From Eledone cirrhosa (Eukaryota), in assembly GCA_964016885.1 (NCBI GenBank), contig OZ024742.1:75330001-75394000 (forward strand): DNA of 64,000 nt, written 5' to 3'. Numbering within the stretch: the first letter of the stretch is position 1; the number at the start of each line of letters is the position of its first letter. This document shows, piece after piece, positions 18,001 to 32,747 of the stretch. Position numbers and translations under genes: made by a program. The notes under the pieces were generated by a model that saw nothing but the letters and a program-made list of their open reading frames with translations, was not told the origin of the DNA and did no database searches.

Positions 18001-21000
18001 AGTATTAACACCACGTCACACAAGACACTAGTATTTACACCACGTCACATAAGACACTAGTATTTACACAACTTCACACAAGACACCAATATTTACACCA
18101 CGTCAGACAAGACACTGGTATTTACACCACGTCACACAAGACACTAGTATTTACACGACTTCACACAAGACACCAGTATTAACCCCACGTCACACAAGAC
18201 ACTAGTATTTACACCACGTCACAGAAGACACCAGTATTAACCCCACGTCACACAAGACACCAGTATTACATCACGTCACACAAGACGCCAGTATTAACAC
18301 CACGTCACACAAGACACCAGTATTACACCACGTCACACAAGACACCAGTATTTCACCACTTCACACAAGACACCATATTACAGCACGTCAGAAAAGACAC
18401 CAGTATTAACACCACGTCACACAAGACACCAGTATTTACACTACGTCACGCAGGACACTAGTATTTACACAAAATCACACAAGACACCAACATTTAGACC
18501 ACGTCACACAAGCCACTAGTATTTACACCACGTCACACAAGACACCAATATTTACACAACGTCACACAATACACTAGTATTTACACCACGTCACACAAGA
18601 CACCAGTATTAACCCCACGTCACACAAGACACCAGTATTACACCACGTCACACAAGACACTAGTATTTACACCACGTCACACAGTATACCAATATTTACA
18701 CCACGTCACACAAAACACCAGTATTACACCACGTCACACAAGACACTAATATGTAGACCACGTCACACAATACACTAGTATTTACACCACGTCACACAAG
18801 ACACCAATATTTACACCACGTCCCACAGGACACTAGTATTTACACCACGTCACACAAGACACCAACATTTAGACCACGTCACACAAGACACCAGTATTTA
18901 CACCACGTCACACAAAACACCAGTATTAACACCACGTCACACAAAACACCAGTATTACACCACGTCACACAAGACACTAATATGTAGACCACGTCACACA
19001 ATACACTAGTATTTACACCACGTCACACAAGACACCAATATTTACACCACGTCACACACGACACTGGTATTTACACCACGTCACACAAGACACCAGTATT
19101 TACACCACGTCACACAAGACACCAGTATAAACCCCACGTCACGCAAGACATTTATATTTACACCACGTCACACAAGACAAGTATTAACCACACGTCACAC
19201 AATACACTAGTATTGACACCACGTCACGCAATACACTAGTATTAACACCACGTCACACAAGACACTAGTATTTACACCGCGTCACACAATACACTAGCAA
19301 TTACACCGCGTCACACAGGACACTAGTATTTACACCACATTACACAGGACACTGGTATTTACACCACCTCACACAAGCCACTGGTATTTACACCACGTCA
19401 CACAGGACACTAGTATTTACACCACGTCACACAAGACACCAATATTTACACCACGTCACACAAGACACTAGTATTTGCACCACGTCACACAAGGCACCAA
19501 TATTTACACCACGTCACACAGGACACTAGTATGTACACCACGTCACACAAGACACCAGTATTAACACCACGTCACACAAGACACCAATATTTACACCACG
19601 TCACACAAGACACCGATATTTACACCACGTCACACAATACACCAATATTACACCACGTCACACAAATCACCAGTATTTACACCACGTCACACAAGACACC
19701 AATATTTACACCACGTCACACAGGACACTAGTATTTACACCACGTCACACAAGACACCAATATTTACACCACGTCACACAAGACACCCATATTTACACCA
19801 CGTCATACAAGACACTAGTATTTACACCACGTCAGACAAGGCACCAGTATTAACACCACGTCACACAAATCACCAGTATTAACACCACGTCACACAAGTC
19901 CCCAATATATACACCACGTCACACAATACACTAGTATTTACACCACGTCACACAAGACACTAGTATTTACACCACTTCACACAAGACAGCAATATTTACA
20001 CCACGTCACACAAGACACCAGTATTAACACCACGTCACACAAGACACCAGTATTAACACCACGTCACACAAGGCACCAATATTTACACCACGTCACACAA
20101 GACACTAGTATTTACACCACGTCACACAAGACACCAGTATTAACACCACGTCACACAAGACACTAGCATTTACACCACGTGACAGAAGACACCCATATTT
20201 ACACCACGTCACAGAAGACACCAGTATATCACCACGTCACACAAGACACCAATATTTACACCATGTCACACAAGACACTAGTATTTAGACCACGTCGCAC
20301 AAGACACCAATATTAACACCATGTCACACAAGACACTGGTATTTACACCACGTCACACAATACACTAGTATTTACACCACGTCACACAAGACACTAGTAT
20401 TTACTCCACCTCACACAAGACACCAGTATTAACACCACGTCACACAAGACACTAGTATTTACACCACGTCACATAAGACACTAGTATTTACACAACTTCA
20501 CACAAGACACCAATATTTACACCACGTCACACAAGACACTGGTATTTACACCACGTCACACAAGACACTAGTATTTACACGACTTCACACAAGACACCAG
20601 TATTAACCCCACGTCACACAAGACACTAGTATTTACACCACGTCACAGAAGACACCAGTATTAACCCCACGTCACACAAGACACCAGTATTACATCACGT
20701 CACACAAGACGCCAGTATTAACACCACGTCACACAAGACACCAGTATTACACCACGTCACACAAGACACCAGTATTTCACCACTTCACACAAGACACCAT
20801 ATTACACCACGTCAGAAAAGACACCAGTATTAACACCACGTCACACAAGACACCAGTATTTACACTACGTCACGCAGGACACTAGTATTTACACAAAATC
20901 ACACAAGACACCAACATTTAGACCACGTCACACAAGCCACTAGTATTTACACCACGTCACACAAGACACCAATATTTACACAACGTCACACAATACACTA

Positions 21001-24000
21001 GTATTTACACCACGTCACACAAGACACCAGTATTAACCCCACGTCACACAAGACACCAGTATTACACCACGTCACACAAGACACTAATATGTAGACCACG
21101 TCACACAATACACTAGTATTTACACCACGTCACACAAGACACCAATATTTACACCACGTCCCACAGGACACTAGTATTTACACCACGTCACACAAGACAC
21201 CAACATTTAGACCACGTCACACAAGACACCAGTATTTACACCACGTCACACAAAACACCAGTATTAACACCACGTCACACAAAACACCAGTATTACACCA
21301 CGTCACACAAGACACTAATATGTAGACCACGTCACACAATACACTAGTATTTACACCACGTCACACAAGACACCAATATTTACACCACGTCACACACGAC
21401 ACTGGTATTTACACCACGTCACACAAGACACCAGTATTTACACCACGTCACACAAGACACCAGTATAAACCCCACGTCACGCAAGACATTTATATTTACA
21501 CCACGTCACACAAGACAAGTATTAACCACACGTCACACAATACACTAGTATTGACACCACGTCACGCAATACACTAGTATTAACACCACGTCACACAAGA
21601 CACTAGTATTTACACCGCGTCACACAATACACTAGCAATTACACCGCGTCACACAGGACACTAGTATTTACACCACATTACACAGGACACTGGTATTTAC
21701 ACCACCTCACACAAGCCACTGGTATTTACACCACGTCACACAGGACACTAGTATTTACACCACGTCACACAAGACACCAATATTTACACCACGTCACACA
21801 AGACACTAGTATTTGCACCACGTCACACAAGGCACCAATATTTACACCACGTCACACAGGACACTAGTATGTACACCACGTCACACAAGACACCAGTATT
21901 AACACCACGTCACACAAGACACCAATATTTACACCACGTCACACAAGACACCGATATTTACACCACGTCACACAATACACCAATATTACACCACGTCACA
22001 CAAATCACCAGTATTTACACCACGTCACACAAGACACCAATATTTACACCACGTCACACAGGACACTAGTATTTACACCACGTCACACAAGACACCAATA
22101 TTTACACCACGTCACACAAGACACCCATATTTACACCACGTCATACAAGACACTAGTATTTACACCACGTCAGACAAGGCACCAGTATTAACACCACGTC
22201 ACACAAATCACCAGTATTAACACCACGTCACACAAGTCCCCAATATATACACCACGTCACACAATACACTAGTATTTACACCACGTCACACAAGACACTA
22301 GTATTTACACCACTTCACACAAGACAGCAATATTTACACCACGTCACACAAGACACCAGTATTAACACCACGTCACACAAGACACCAGTATTAACACCAC
22401 GTCACACAAGGCACCAATATTTACACCACGTCACACAAGACACTAGTATTTACACCACGTCACACAAGACACCAGTATTAACACCACGTCACACAAGACA
22501 CTAGCATTTACACCACGTGACAGAAGACACCCATATTTACACCACGTCACAGAAGACACCAGTATATCACCACGTCACACAAGACACCAATATTTACACC
22601 ATGTCACACAAGACACTAGTATTTAGACCACGTCGCACAAGACACCAATATTAACACCATGTCACACAAGACACTGGTATTTACACCACGTCACACAATA
22701 CACTAGTATTTACACCACGTCACACAAGACACTAGTATTTACTCCACTTCACACAAGACACCAGTATTAACACCACGTCACACAAGACACTAGTATTTAC
22801 ACCACGTCACATAAGACACTAGTATTTACACAACTTCACACAAGACACCAATATTTACACCACGTCACACAAGACACTGGTATTTACACCACGTCACACA
22901 AGACACTAGTATTTACACGACTTCACACAAGACACCAGTATTAACCCCACGTCACACAAGACACTAGTATTTACACCACGTCACAGAAGACACCAGTATT
23001 AACCCCACGTCACACAAGACACCAGTATTACATCACGTCACACAAGACGCCAGTATTAACACCACGTCACACAAGACACCAGTATTACACCACGTCACAC
23101 AAGACACCAGTATTTCACCACTTCACACAAGACACCATATTACACCACGTCAGAAAAGACACCAGTATTAACACCACGTCACACAAGACACCAGTATTTA
23201 CACTACGTCACGCAGGACACTAGTATTTACACAAAATCACACAAGACACCAACATTTAGACCACGTCACACAAGCCACTAGTATTTACACCACGTCACAC
23301 AAGACACCAATATTTACACAACGTCACACAATACACTAGTATTTACACCACGTCACACAAGACACCAGTATTAACCCCACGTCACACAAGACACCAGTAT
23401 TACACCACGTCACACAAGACACTAGTAATTACACCACGTCACACAGTATACCAATATTTACACCACGTCACACAAAACACCAGTATTACACCACGTCACA
23501 CAAGACACTAATATGTAGACCACGTCACACAATACACTAGTATTTACACCACGTCACACAAGACACCAATATTTACACCACGTCCCACAGGACACTAGTA
23601 TTTACACCACGTCACACAAGACACCAACATTTAGACCACGTCACACAAGACACCAGTATTTACACCACGTCACACAAAACACCAGTATTAACACCACGTC
23701 ACACAAAACACAAGTATTACACCACGTCACACAAGACACTAATATGTAGACCACGTCACACAATACACTAGTATTTACACCACGTCACACAAGACACCAA
23801 TATTTACACCACGTCACACACGACACTGGTATTTACACCACGTCACACAAGACACCAGTATTTACACCACGTCACACAAGACACCAGTATTAACCCCACG
23901 TCACACAAGACATTTATATTTACACCACGTCACACAAGACAAGTATTAACCACACGTCACACAATACACTAGTATTGACACCACGTCACGCAATACACTA

Positions 24001-27000
24001 GTATTAACACCACGTCACACAAGACACTAGTATTTACACCGCGTCACACAATACACTAGTATTTACACCGCGTCACACAGGACACTAGTATTTACACCAC
24101 ATTACACAGGACACTGGTATTTACACCAGCTCACACAAGCCACTGGTATTTACACCACGTCACACAGGACACTAGTATTTACACCACGTCACACAAGACA
24201 CCAATATTTACACCACGTCACACAAGACACTAGTATTTGCACCACGTCACACAAGGCACCAATATTTACACCACGTCACACAGGACACTAGTATGTACAC
24301 CACGTCACACAAGACACCAGTATTAACACCACGTCACACAAGACACCAATATTTACACCACGTCACACAAGACACCGATATTTACACCACGTCACACAAT
24401 ACACCAATATTACACCACGTCACACAAATCACCAGTATTTACACCACGTCACACAAGACACCAATATTTACACCACGTCACACAGGACACTAGTATTTAC
24501 ACCACGTCACACAAGACACCAATATTTACACCACGTCACACAAGACACCCATATTTACACCACGTCATACAAGACACTAGTATTTACACCACGTCAGACA
24601 AGGCACCAGTATTAACACCACGTCACACAAATCACCAGTATTAACACCACGTCACACAAGTCCCCAATATATACACCACGTCACACAATACACTAGTATT
24701 TACACCACGTCACACAAGACACTAGTATTCACACCACTTCACACAAGACAGCAATATTTACACCACGTCACACAAGACACCAGTATTAACACCACGTCAC
24801 ACAAGACACCAGTATTAACACCACGTCACACAAGGCACTAATATTTACACCACGTCACACAAGACACTAGTATTTACACCACGTCACACAACGCACCAGT
24901 ATTAACACCACGTCACACAAGACACTAGCATTTACACCACGTGACAGAAGACACCCATATTTACACCACGTCACAGAAGACACCAGTATTTCACCACGTC
25001 ACACAAGACACCAATATTTACACCATGTAACACAAGACACTAGTATTTACACCACGTCGCACAAGACACCAATATTAACACCATGTCACACAAGACACTG
25101 GTATTTACACCACGTCACACAATACACTAGTATTTACACCACGTCACACAAGACACTAGTATTTACTCCACTTCACACAAGACACCAGTATTAACACCAC
25201 GTCACACAAGACACTAGTATTTACACCACGTCACATAAGACACTAGTATTTACACAACTTCACACAAGACACCAATATTTACACCACGTCACACAAGACA
25301 CTGGTATTTACACCACGTCACACAACACACTAGTATTTACACGACTTCACACAAGACACCAGTATTAACCCCACGTCACACAAGACACTAGTATTTACAC
25401 CACGTCACAGAAGACACCAGTATTAACCCCACGTCACACAAGACACCAGTATTACATCACGTCACACAAGACGCCAGTATTAACACCACGTCACACAAGA
25501 CACCAGTATTACACCACGTCACACAAGACACCAGTATTTCACCACTTCACACAAGACACCATATTACACCACGTCAGAAAAGACACCAGTAGTAACACCA
25601 CGTCACACAAGACACCAGTATTTACACTACGTCACGCAGGACACTAGTATTTACACAAAATCACACAATACACCAACATTTAGACCACGTCACACATGCC
25701 ACTAGTATTTACACCACGTCACACAAGACACCAATATTTACACAACGTCACACAATACACTAGTATTTACACCACGTCACACAAGACACCAGTATTAACC
25801 CCACGTCACACAAGACACCAGTATTACACCACGTCACACAAGACACTAATATTTACACCACGTCACACAGTATACCAATATTTACACCACGTCACACAAA
25901 ACACCAGTATTACACCACGTCACACAATACACTAATATGTAGACCACGTCACACAATACACTAGTATTTACACCACGTCACACAAGACACCAATATTTAC
26001 ACCACGTCCCACAGGACACTAGTATTTACACCAAGTCACACAAGACACCAACATTTAGACCACGTCACACAAGACACCAGTATTTATACCACGTCACACA
26101 AAACACCAGTATTAACACCACGTCACACAAAACACCAGTATTACACCACGTCACACAAGACACTAATATGTAGACCACGTCACACAATACACTAGTATTT
26201 ACACCACGTCACACAAGACACCAATATTTACACCACGTCACACACGACACTGGTATTTACACCACGTCACACAAGACACCAGTATTTACACCACGTCACA
26301 CAAGACACCAGTATTAACCCCACGTCACACAAGACATTTATATTTACACCACGTCACACAAGACAAGTATTAACCACACGTCACACAATACACTAGTATT
26401 GACACCACGTCACGCAATACACTAGTATTAACACCACGTCACACAAGACACTAGTATTTACACCGCGTCACACAATACACTAGTATTTACACCGCGTCAC
26501 ACAGGTCACTAGTATTTACACCACATTACACAGGACACTGGTATTTACACCACCTCACACAAGCCACTGGTATTTACACCACGTCACACAGGACACTAGT
26601 ATTTACACCACGTCACACAAGACACCAATATTTACACCACGTCACACAAGACACTAGTATTTGCACCACGTCACACAAGGCACCAATATTTACACCACGT
26701 CACACAGGACACTAGTATGTACACCACGTCACACAAGACACCAGTATTAACACCACGTCACACAATTCACCAATATTTACACCACGTCACACAAGACACC
26801 GATATTTACACCACGTCACACAATACACCAATATTACACCACGTCACACAAATCACCAGTATTTACACCACGTCACACAAGACACTAGTATTTACTCCAC
26901 ATCACACAAGACACTAGTATTAACACCACGTCACACACGACACCAGTATTACACCACGCCACACAAGACACTAGTATTTACACCACGTCACACAAGACAC

Positions 27001-27412
27001 CAGTATTACACCACGTCACACGAGACACCAATATTTACACCACTCACACAAGACGCCAGTATTAACAACACGTCACACAAGACACCAGTATTAACACCAC
27101 GTCACACAAGACACCAGTAATTACACCACGTCACATGAGATACCAGTAATTACACCACGTAACACAAGACACCAGTAATTACACCACGTCACATAAGACA
27201 CCAGTAATTACACCACGTAACACAAGAGACCAGTAATTACACCACGTCACATAAGACACCAGTAATTACACCACGTAACACAAGACACCAGTAATTACAT
27301 CACGTCACATAAGACACCAGTAATTACACCACGTAACACAAGACACCAGTAATTACACCACGTCACATAAGACACCAGTAATTACACCACGTCACACAAG
27401 ACACCAGTAATT
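1..27412. repeat. 29-bp satellite array, consensus ACACCACGTCACACAAGACACTAGTATTT (~945 monomers, some 28-bp variants); continues off the left edge
   Basis: The monomer can be read continuously from base 1 to ...GACACCAGTAATT at 27412. The + strand is strongly A/C-rich. All ORF-track hits here are translations of the repeat. Confidence 0.98.
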
Positions 27413-27975
27413 GCGAAGCGTAGCGTTTGCTACGTTTTTGAGGGATTCATTTCATGTTGTCCATGATTAGGGATCGTAGAGAGAAATATTGTTTCAATGA
27501 TACATGTATATATTATGTCTCGGTGCTGTTGCAAGAGATTAAATGAACGTGTTTCCATTTGTAATATACAGATAACACAGAGAATACAGTGTGGATGAGA
27601 AAAAGCGATCTGTATATTGCGTTCATGTTATGAGACAGCTTCCTAGTTAAAATGCTATAAATAGATAGCATTTAGAAAAATAATAATTGAGGTAGTGAAT
27701 TTGCATGTTAAACATGGTCGGCCAAAGTCAGAAGAGTGATGGGTGATTGGTGGTGTCAATAACTACTAAAATACCTAGTGAGTAAGTCCCTAGTAAGTCT
27801 CTCTTAAAGAAAACTATATTAGTGGTCAGCGAAGAGATATATTAAATCAAGTTGTTGGAAAATCCGATTTTCTCTGCCACCTTTGAAATACTATGTTATG
27901 GATAGTTGGTAAAGTCGTAGCGATTACTTTCCTTGGCAATGGAAGAACCAGTAGCACGTTACTAAAGATACATAC

Positions 27976-27978
<3 letters not shown>

Positions 27979-28064
<86 letters not shown>

Positions 28065-28088
28065 GAGAGAGAGTGAGAGAGAGAGAGA
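27979..28088. repeat. (GA)n microsatellite
   Basis: Read directly. Confidence 0.95.
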
Positions 28089-28817
28089 AAGGGTGGGAAA
28101 GTTAGGGAGAGAGTATGAGAAAGTTCGATATGTAAACGTCTGGGGCGTATTGTTAGAGAATAATGACAGGGAGTCAAAATCAGTGACTTGGTTTGAAATA
28201 CATGAATGTATTTTTACAAGACAGAATGATTGTCAGCTATTCATAGCTTGTTGAACGATAAATAATAGCTCCTACGTGAGTTCGGAAAATATTCCTGTAC
28301 AGTTGTCTATAACCGTCAAATCCATTCCAACTATGTTTTAAGTCTATTTCTCTAACAATATGTCCTTTGAAAGTTATAGATACGTTATAGATTCGAGGTG
28401 GCTGCAGTGGTTCAGTTGCTATCCACAAATGTAGCTAGATCAATACAAATATTGGACCAGAAACCAATATAATTAATTTTGACTTGATTTCGTTGATCCA
28501 TCCATTTTGACAGTGTCATCATTCTGAATCAATGTCCCACAACAATAAACACTTTGAGAGATATGCAATAACAAAAGCAACCCCCCCCCCCCCAAGAAAA
28601 AAGACCGAACTTCTTGTACATGAAGTAGTGTGATACAGCAAACAAAAAAGGCTCAACACTTTGAGAGGCATAAGAACAATAATATACATTACTTGGAGCG
28701 TTATGAAACAATATGACATTACAACGTCTGTTGTGCTGCAAATTACAGGAAAGCCCAAGTCATCCAAATTGTATCACGCTATGGAGATGAAACGTAAACC
28801 TCAAGTCATCCACATTA

Positions 28818-28975
28818 TATCATGCTATTTAGCTGAATTCCAAACCTCATGCCATTTCCCCTGTATCATACTATGTAGCTGAATTCCAAACTTCATACCA
28901 TTTCCCCTGTATCATGCTATTTAACTGAATTCCAAACCTCATGCCATTCCCCCTGTATCATGCTATGTACCTGAA
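28818..28975. repeat. 46-bp tandem repeat, ~3.4 copies (TATCATGCTATTTAGCTGAATTCCAAACCTCATGCCATTTCCCCTG)
   Basis: Units start at 28818, 28864, 28910 and 28956. Confidence 0.9.
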
Positions 28976-29689
28976 ACCTAAGGATTAAAATTAAGTGCTT
29001 CATTAAGACATATTTGCTAATTAGAAATACACCGACTGAAATGGAATATTGACAATAGCTTAGAAATCATAATCGCACTTTCAGATGAGATGTTTCATTC
29101 CCACCTCCACCCCACCGCCATCACTAACAATAACAACAACTACAACAACAAAAATTACAACAGCTACAAAAACAATGAATCTACAGCAACAACAGTTACG
29201 ACAGCTGCCGTAACAACAAGAATAAAAATAACATGAACAACTTGCCTTCCTTTGTCTCTCCATTTCCTGGTGTTTCACTTCTATCAGATCTACATTGACA
29301 AGTTTAACCAGATGCCACAATTCTAAAGTGAATCCCCAAGGAAGAAAATTACTCTACATATTTTACTTGTCAATAGTAGATGGCAACAAAACAAATGTAA
29401 CATTGATCAGAAGTGGGACCTTAGATGTCATTATAAAGCTATAGAGTACTTCCATATGTTTCGAATTAAGAAGCATAACAGCGTATTTAAAGAAGATGCC
29501 ATATCTTTGAATTAGATATGTCCTATTATATCAATATTAAATCGAGTTCAATTAATGGAGCTATAAATGAAGCTGGGAATCCTTTTCTATTGTTTTTGTT
29601 TAGCTCTAAGTCAATGTGGCTCTCCTTTGCAAAACGGTAGATGTGATCTAAATGAGACTTGGTTGCTATTTCTAGAGGGTTGGAGCTTA

Positions 29690-30200
29690 TATATTTTTAG
29701 TTTGTTTACTATGAGTTTACAAAGGGGGAAAGGTCTGTATTGGCGAAATATACACTGCTGGTCAGATATATTCAGCTGATATACATGAGACATTGTAAGA
29801 TGATGATTGTAGGAAGGGAATTCCAGAGGCTTGACATTCTGGGAAAGACTAATTGTGAATATTGGTAAAAAAAATATAGAAAGCATGTTGAGTGGAAGGT
29901 TACGGATGTGGTTAAAATGAGTGGTATATAGATAGCTAGATACAAGGAGCATAAACAATTTTAATAGTGGTACAAGAAACAGAGTGAGGAAACTACCTCT
30001 GTCAGCTAGAGAATAGAATGTGTTGGGAAGTGATTTCTTGTCAATGAATCAGATGATTATAGGGTACTATATGGTGTAGCAACGCTGTCCCAGATAAAGG
30101 ATCATTATTCCACGTGAGCTGCTGCTTGCTTGATGTGATGTTTTCGATATCAGCTCAAATAGATTCATATAGAAACAGAGACTGTAATTCCAAAAACTTA
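29690..30200 (-). mobile_element. Highly decayed 3' fragment of a CR1/L2/Jockey-group LINE ORF2
   Basis: The minus strand translates to FPRMSSLWNSLP (~29810-29846), matching the F.PR...LWN.LP C-terminal motif. Upstream fragments SLADR, VSSLCFLYHY and IWDS lie in shifting frames. Boundaries are approximate. Confidence 0.55.
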
Positions 30201-31066
30201 TCGGACCACCCTAGTGAACACGTATGTGGAAGATGAATAACAGCATTAGAAAGCTCTGAGAACGCCTTCGACTGTAAATTCCAAGCAATTTGAACTCAGT
30301 GCTACAAGAATCGAAAATACCCACATGCGTAGCGTTACTTCTACCTGTAGAAATAAGTGTTCGTACAGCTACACTGTGTTGGCGATTTCAGAGTTAAATG
30401 AATTGGACATGCATGCAAAAACACGCTGTTGATGAGACACGAAAGGTTTAACCCTTCGGCTAGTAAAACGTCCTTTCAATCATTTTCATCACTGAAACAG
30501 ACACATAAACGGATACATAGGCAGACACAAAATCCCTCACACATACACACACTCGGACAGCGATAGATTGTTTCTTTAATAATGGCGATATTTTATATTG
30601 ATAACAGAAACAGTAATTGAGTAAAGCACTAGATTGTATCATAATAAAAAAGCGATATCAAGGTTGATGTTATACTAGCCTGTATTATACAAAAAGAAAA
30701 GTATTCTATATATTTATTCTCATTATAGTTAAAAGCAGCAGAAAAGCATTCAGGTTAGGAGAAAAAATATTATTATAGATCATGTTTGCAATCTTTTGTT
30801 AGATGATACTATCTTTCATGAAATTTCACACAAAGTACTTCTCGCATGAATAGCTATATTATTGGTACAGCCTATAACACTCTATACTTGCAATGTAATC
30901 AAATGATCCCGTATAGACAAAAATCATCTAAATACAACATCTCAAGAGTACCCTACATAAAACTATTCTTGTGTTGTTCACTTTATTCATATTGGTTATT
31001 TCGTTACTTTAAAAGCATTTACCAAACAGATAGATCAACGAATACATTGTTAGATACAAAAATTGA

Positions 31067-31165
31067 TACACACACATGCACACACACACACACGCACGCA
31101 CACACACACACACGCACACACACATACACACCTACACGCACACACGCACATACATACATATATAT
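31067..31165. repeat. Imperfect (CA)n microsatellite
   Basis: Read directly. Confidence 0.85.
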
Positions 31166-31331
31166 TATAAAAGTTGAATAAAAGATAATTTATTTCAATC
31201 ACATTATACCATAAATCATCTCAATGTACTATGCAGGCTAAAATCCTTATTTTGTAGAGCATTATTTATTCAAAATATTTTTTAGGAACACTACTCATAT
31301 ATATATAAATATCACGAACGCAGCGTCAAAT

Positions 31332-31386
<55 letters not shown>

Positions 31387-31485
31387 GTGGTGGAACACTC
31401 AGTCCAAGGGACGAGTTAGGTAGAAGTGGTTACACAACAGTTAGTTCACCATATCGGTATAGTGAACTAACTGTTGTGTAACCAC

Positions 31486-31490
<5 letters not shown>
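31387..31490 (-). repeat. 104-bp module A: 70-nt hairpin (33-bp stem, 4-nt loop) plus 34-nt tail, between (TA)n tracts; left inverted copy
   Basis: TAGAAGTGGTTACACAACAGTTAGTTCACCATA-TCGG-TATAGTGAACTAACTGTTGTGTAACCACTTCTA at 31421-31490 (1 mismatch). The module is the reverse complement of 37011-37114. Confidence 0.92.
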
Positions 31491-31556
<66 letters not shown>

Positions 31557-31750
31557 GATAAATCTACCAAAAGTTTACGGTAGTGTCCAATCCGTATGAA
31601 GAACTCAATGTAATCCGGATATCATGGAAAGAAGAGATGCATTCAAAAATCACTTTCGGTGAAAGATAAACGGAATACAGAGTCAAGATAAAATATTTAA
31701 AAAATAATGAATAAAACAAAGAAACAGTTCCTTATATTAAACAAAAAATT

Positions 31751-31893
31751 TTCATTATTTTACGATCGTTTCTAGGACATATATGTGTTAGAATTGGCAT
31801 GCATATTCAAAAGATCTATGTACAAAATTATACAAACTATCAAGGAGAATATACATACCATCACATATATATGCTGTCTTCAGAAATAATGAA
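31751..31893 (-). ncRNA. Type I hammerhead ribozyme motif (left arm of B)
   Basis: Reverse complement of 32551-32693. Confidence 0.75.
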
Positions 31894-32550
31894 GTATATT
31901 TATTGATAATAACAACAATTCAAAATTACAGGTCTGTTTGGGAACAGATTTTAAATAGACCAATGAAATACATAAAATTCATCAAGAAAATACAGTTAGG
32001 TGTGTGTATATATGTAAGTAAATTCGTTCACAGATATGCATAAAATTGTATGTTCATATGCATACGCATGTCGAAAAAGTGTATGTAAATATAAAATACA
32101 TGCATACACACACACTCACATATACATAAACACACACATACACATACGAACACACATATACACACACGCACACACACACATACGTATATATTATTATTAT
32201 AACTATATGGATATTGAGGCGCTCACATAAACACGCCCAACACACTTACATTCATATGCAGAATTAAAGGAGGTAAGCGAGTAAGTAATTAAAGGAGAGT
32301 GTCAAACTCGGCATATTTATAAAAATGTATCTATAAAGTTAGAAATAAAAATTTTTTACATACACTTTTTCGACATGCGTATGCATATGAACGTACAATT
32401 TTATGCATATCTGTGAACGAATTTACTTACATATATACACACACCTAACTGTATTTTCTTGATGAATTTTATGTATTTCATTGGTCTATTTAAAATCTGT
32501 TCCCAAACAGACCTGTAATTTTGAATTGTTGTTATTATCAATAAATATAC

Positions 32551-32693
32551 TTCATTATTTCTGAAGACAGCATATATATGTGATGGTATGTATATTCTCC
32601 TTGATAGTTTGTATAATTTTGTACATAGATCTTTTGAATATGCATGCCAATTCTAACACATATATGTCCTAGAAACGATCGTAAAATAATGAA
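32551..32693 (+). ncRNA. Type I hammerhead ribozyme motif (right arm of B)
   Basis: Stem I TTCATTATTT/AAATAATGAA (10 bp, perfect). Core CTGAAGA at 32561-32567. Stem II CAGCATATATATGTG/CACATATATGTCCTA with a long loop. GAAA at 32672-32675, palindromic stem/loop III ACGATCGT, and a GUA cleavage triplet ending at 32683. Confidence 0.78.
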
Positions 32694-32747
32694 CTTTTTT
32701 TGTTTAATATAAGGAACTGTTTCTTTGTTTTATTCATTATTTTTTAA

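Noticed and set aside
1-27412. CRISPR array or repetitive H/T-rich proteins
   Set aside because: There are no unique spacers and no cas genes. The ORFs are stop-free runs of a 29-bp (non-triplet) monomer.
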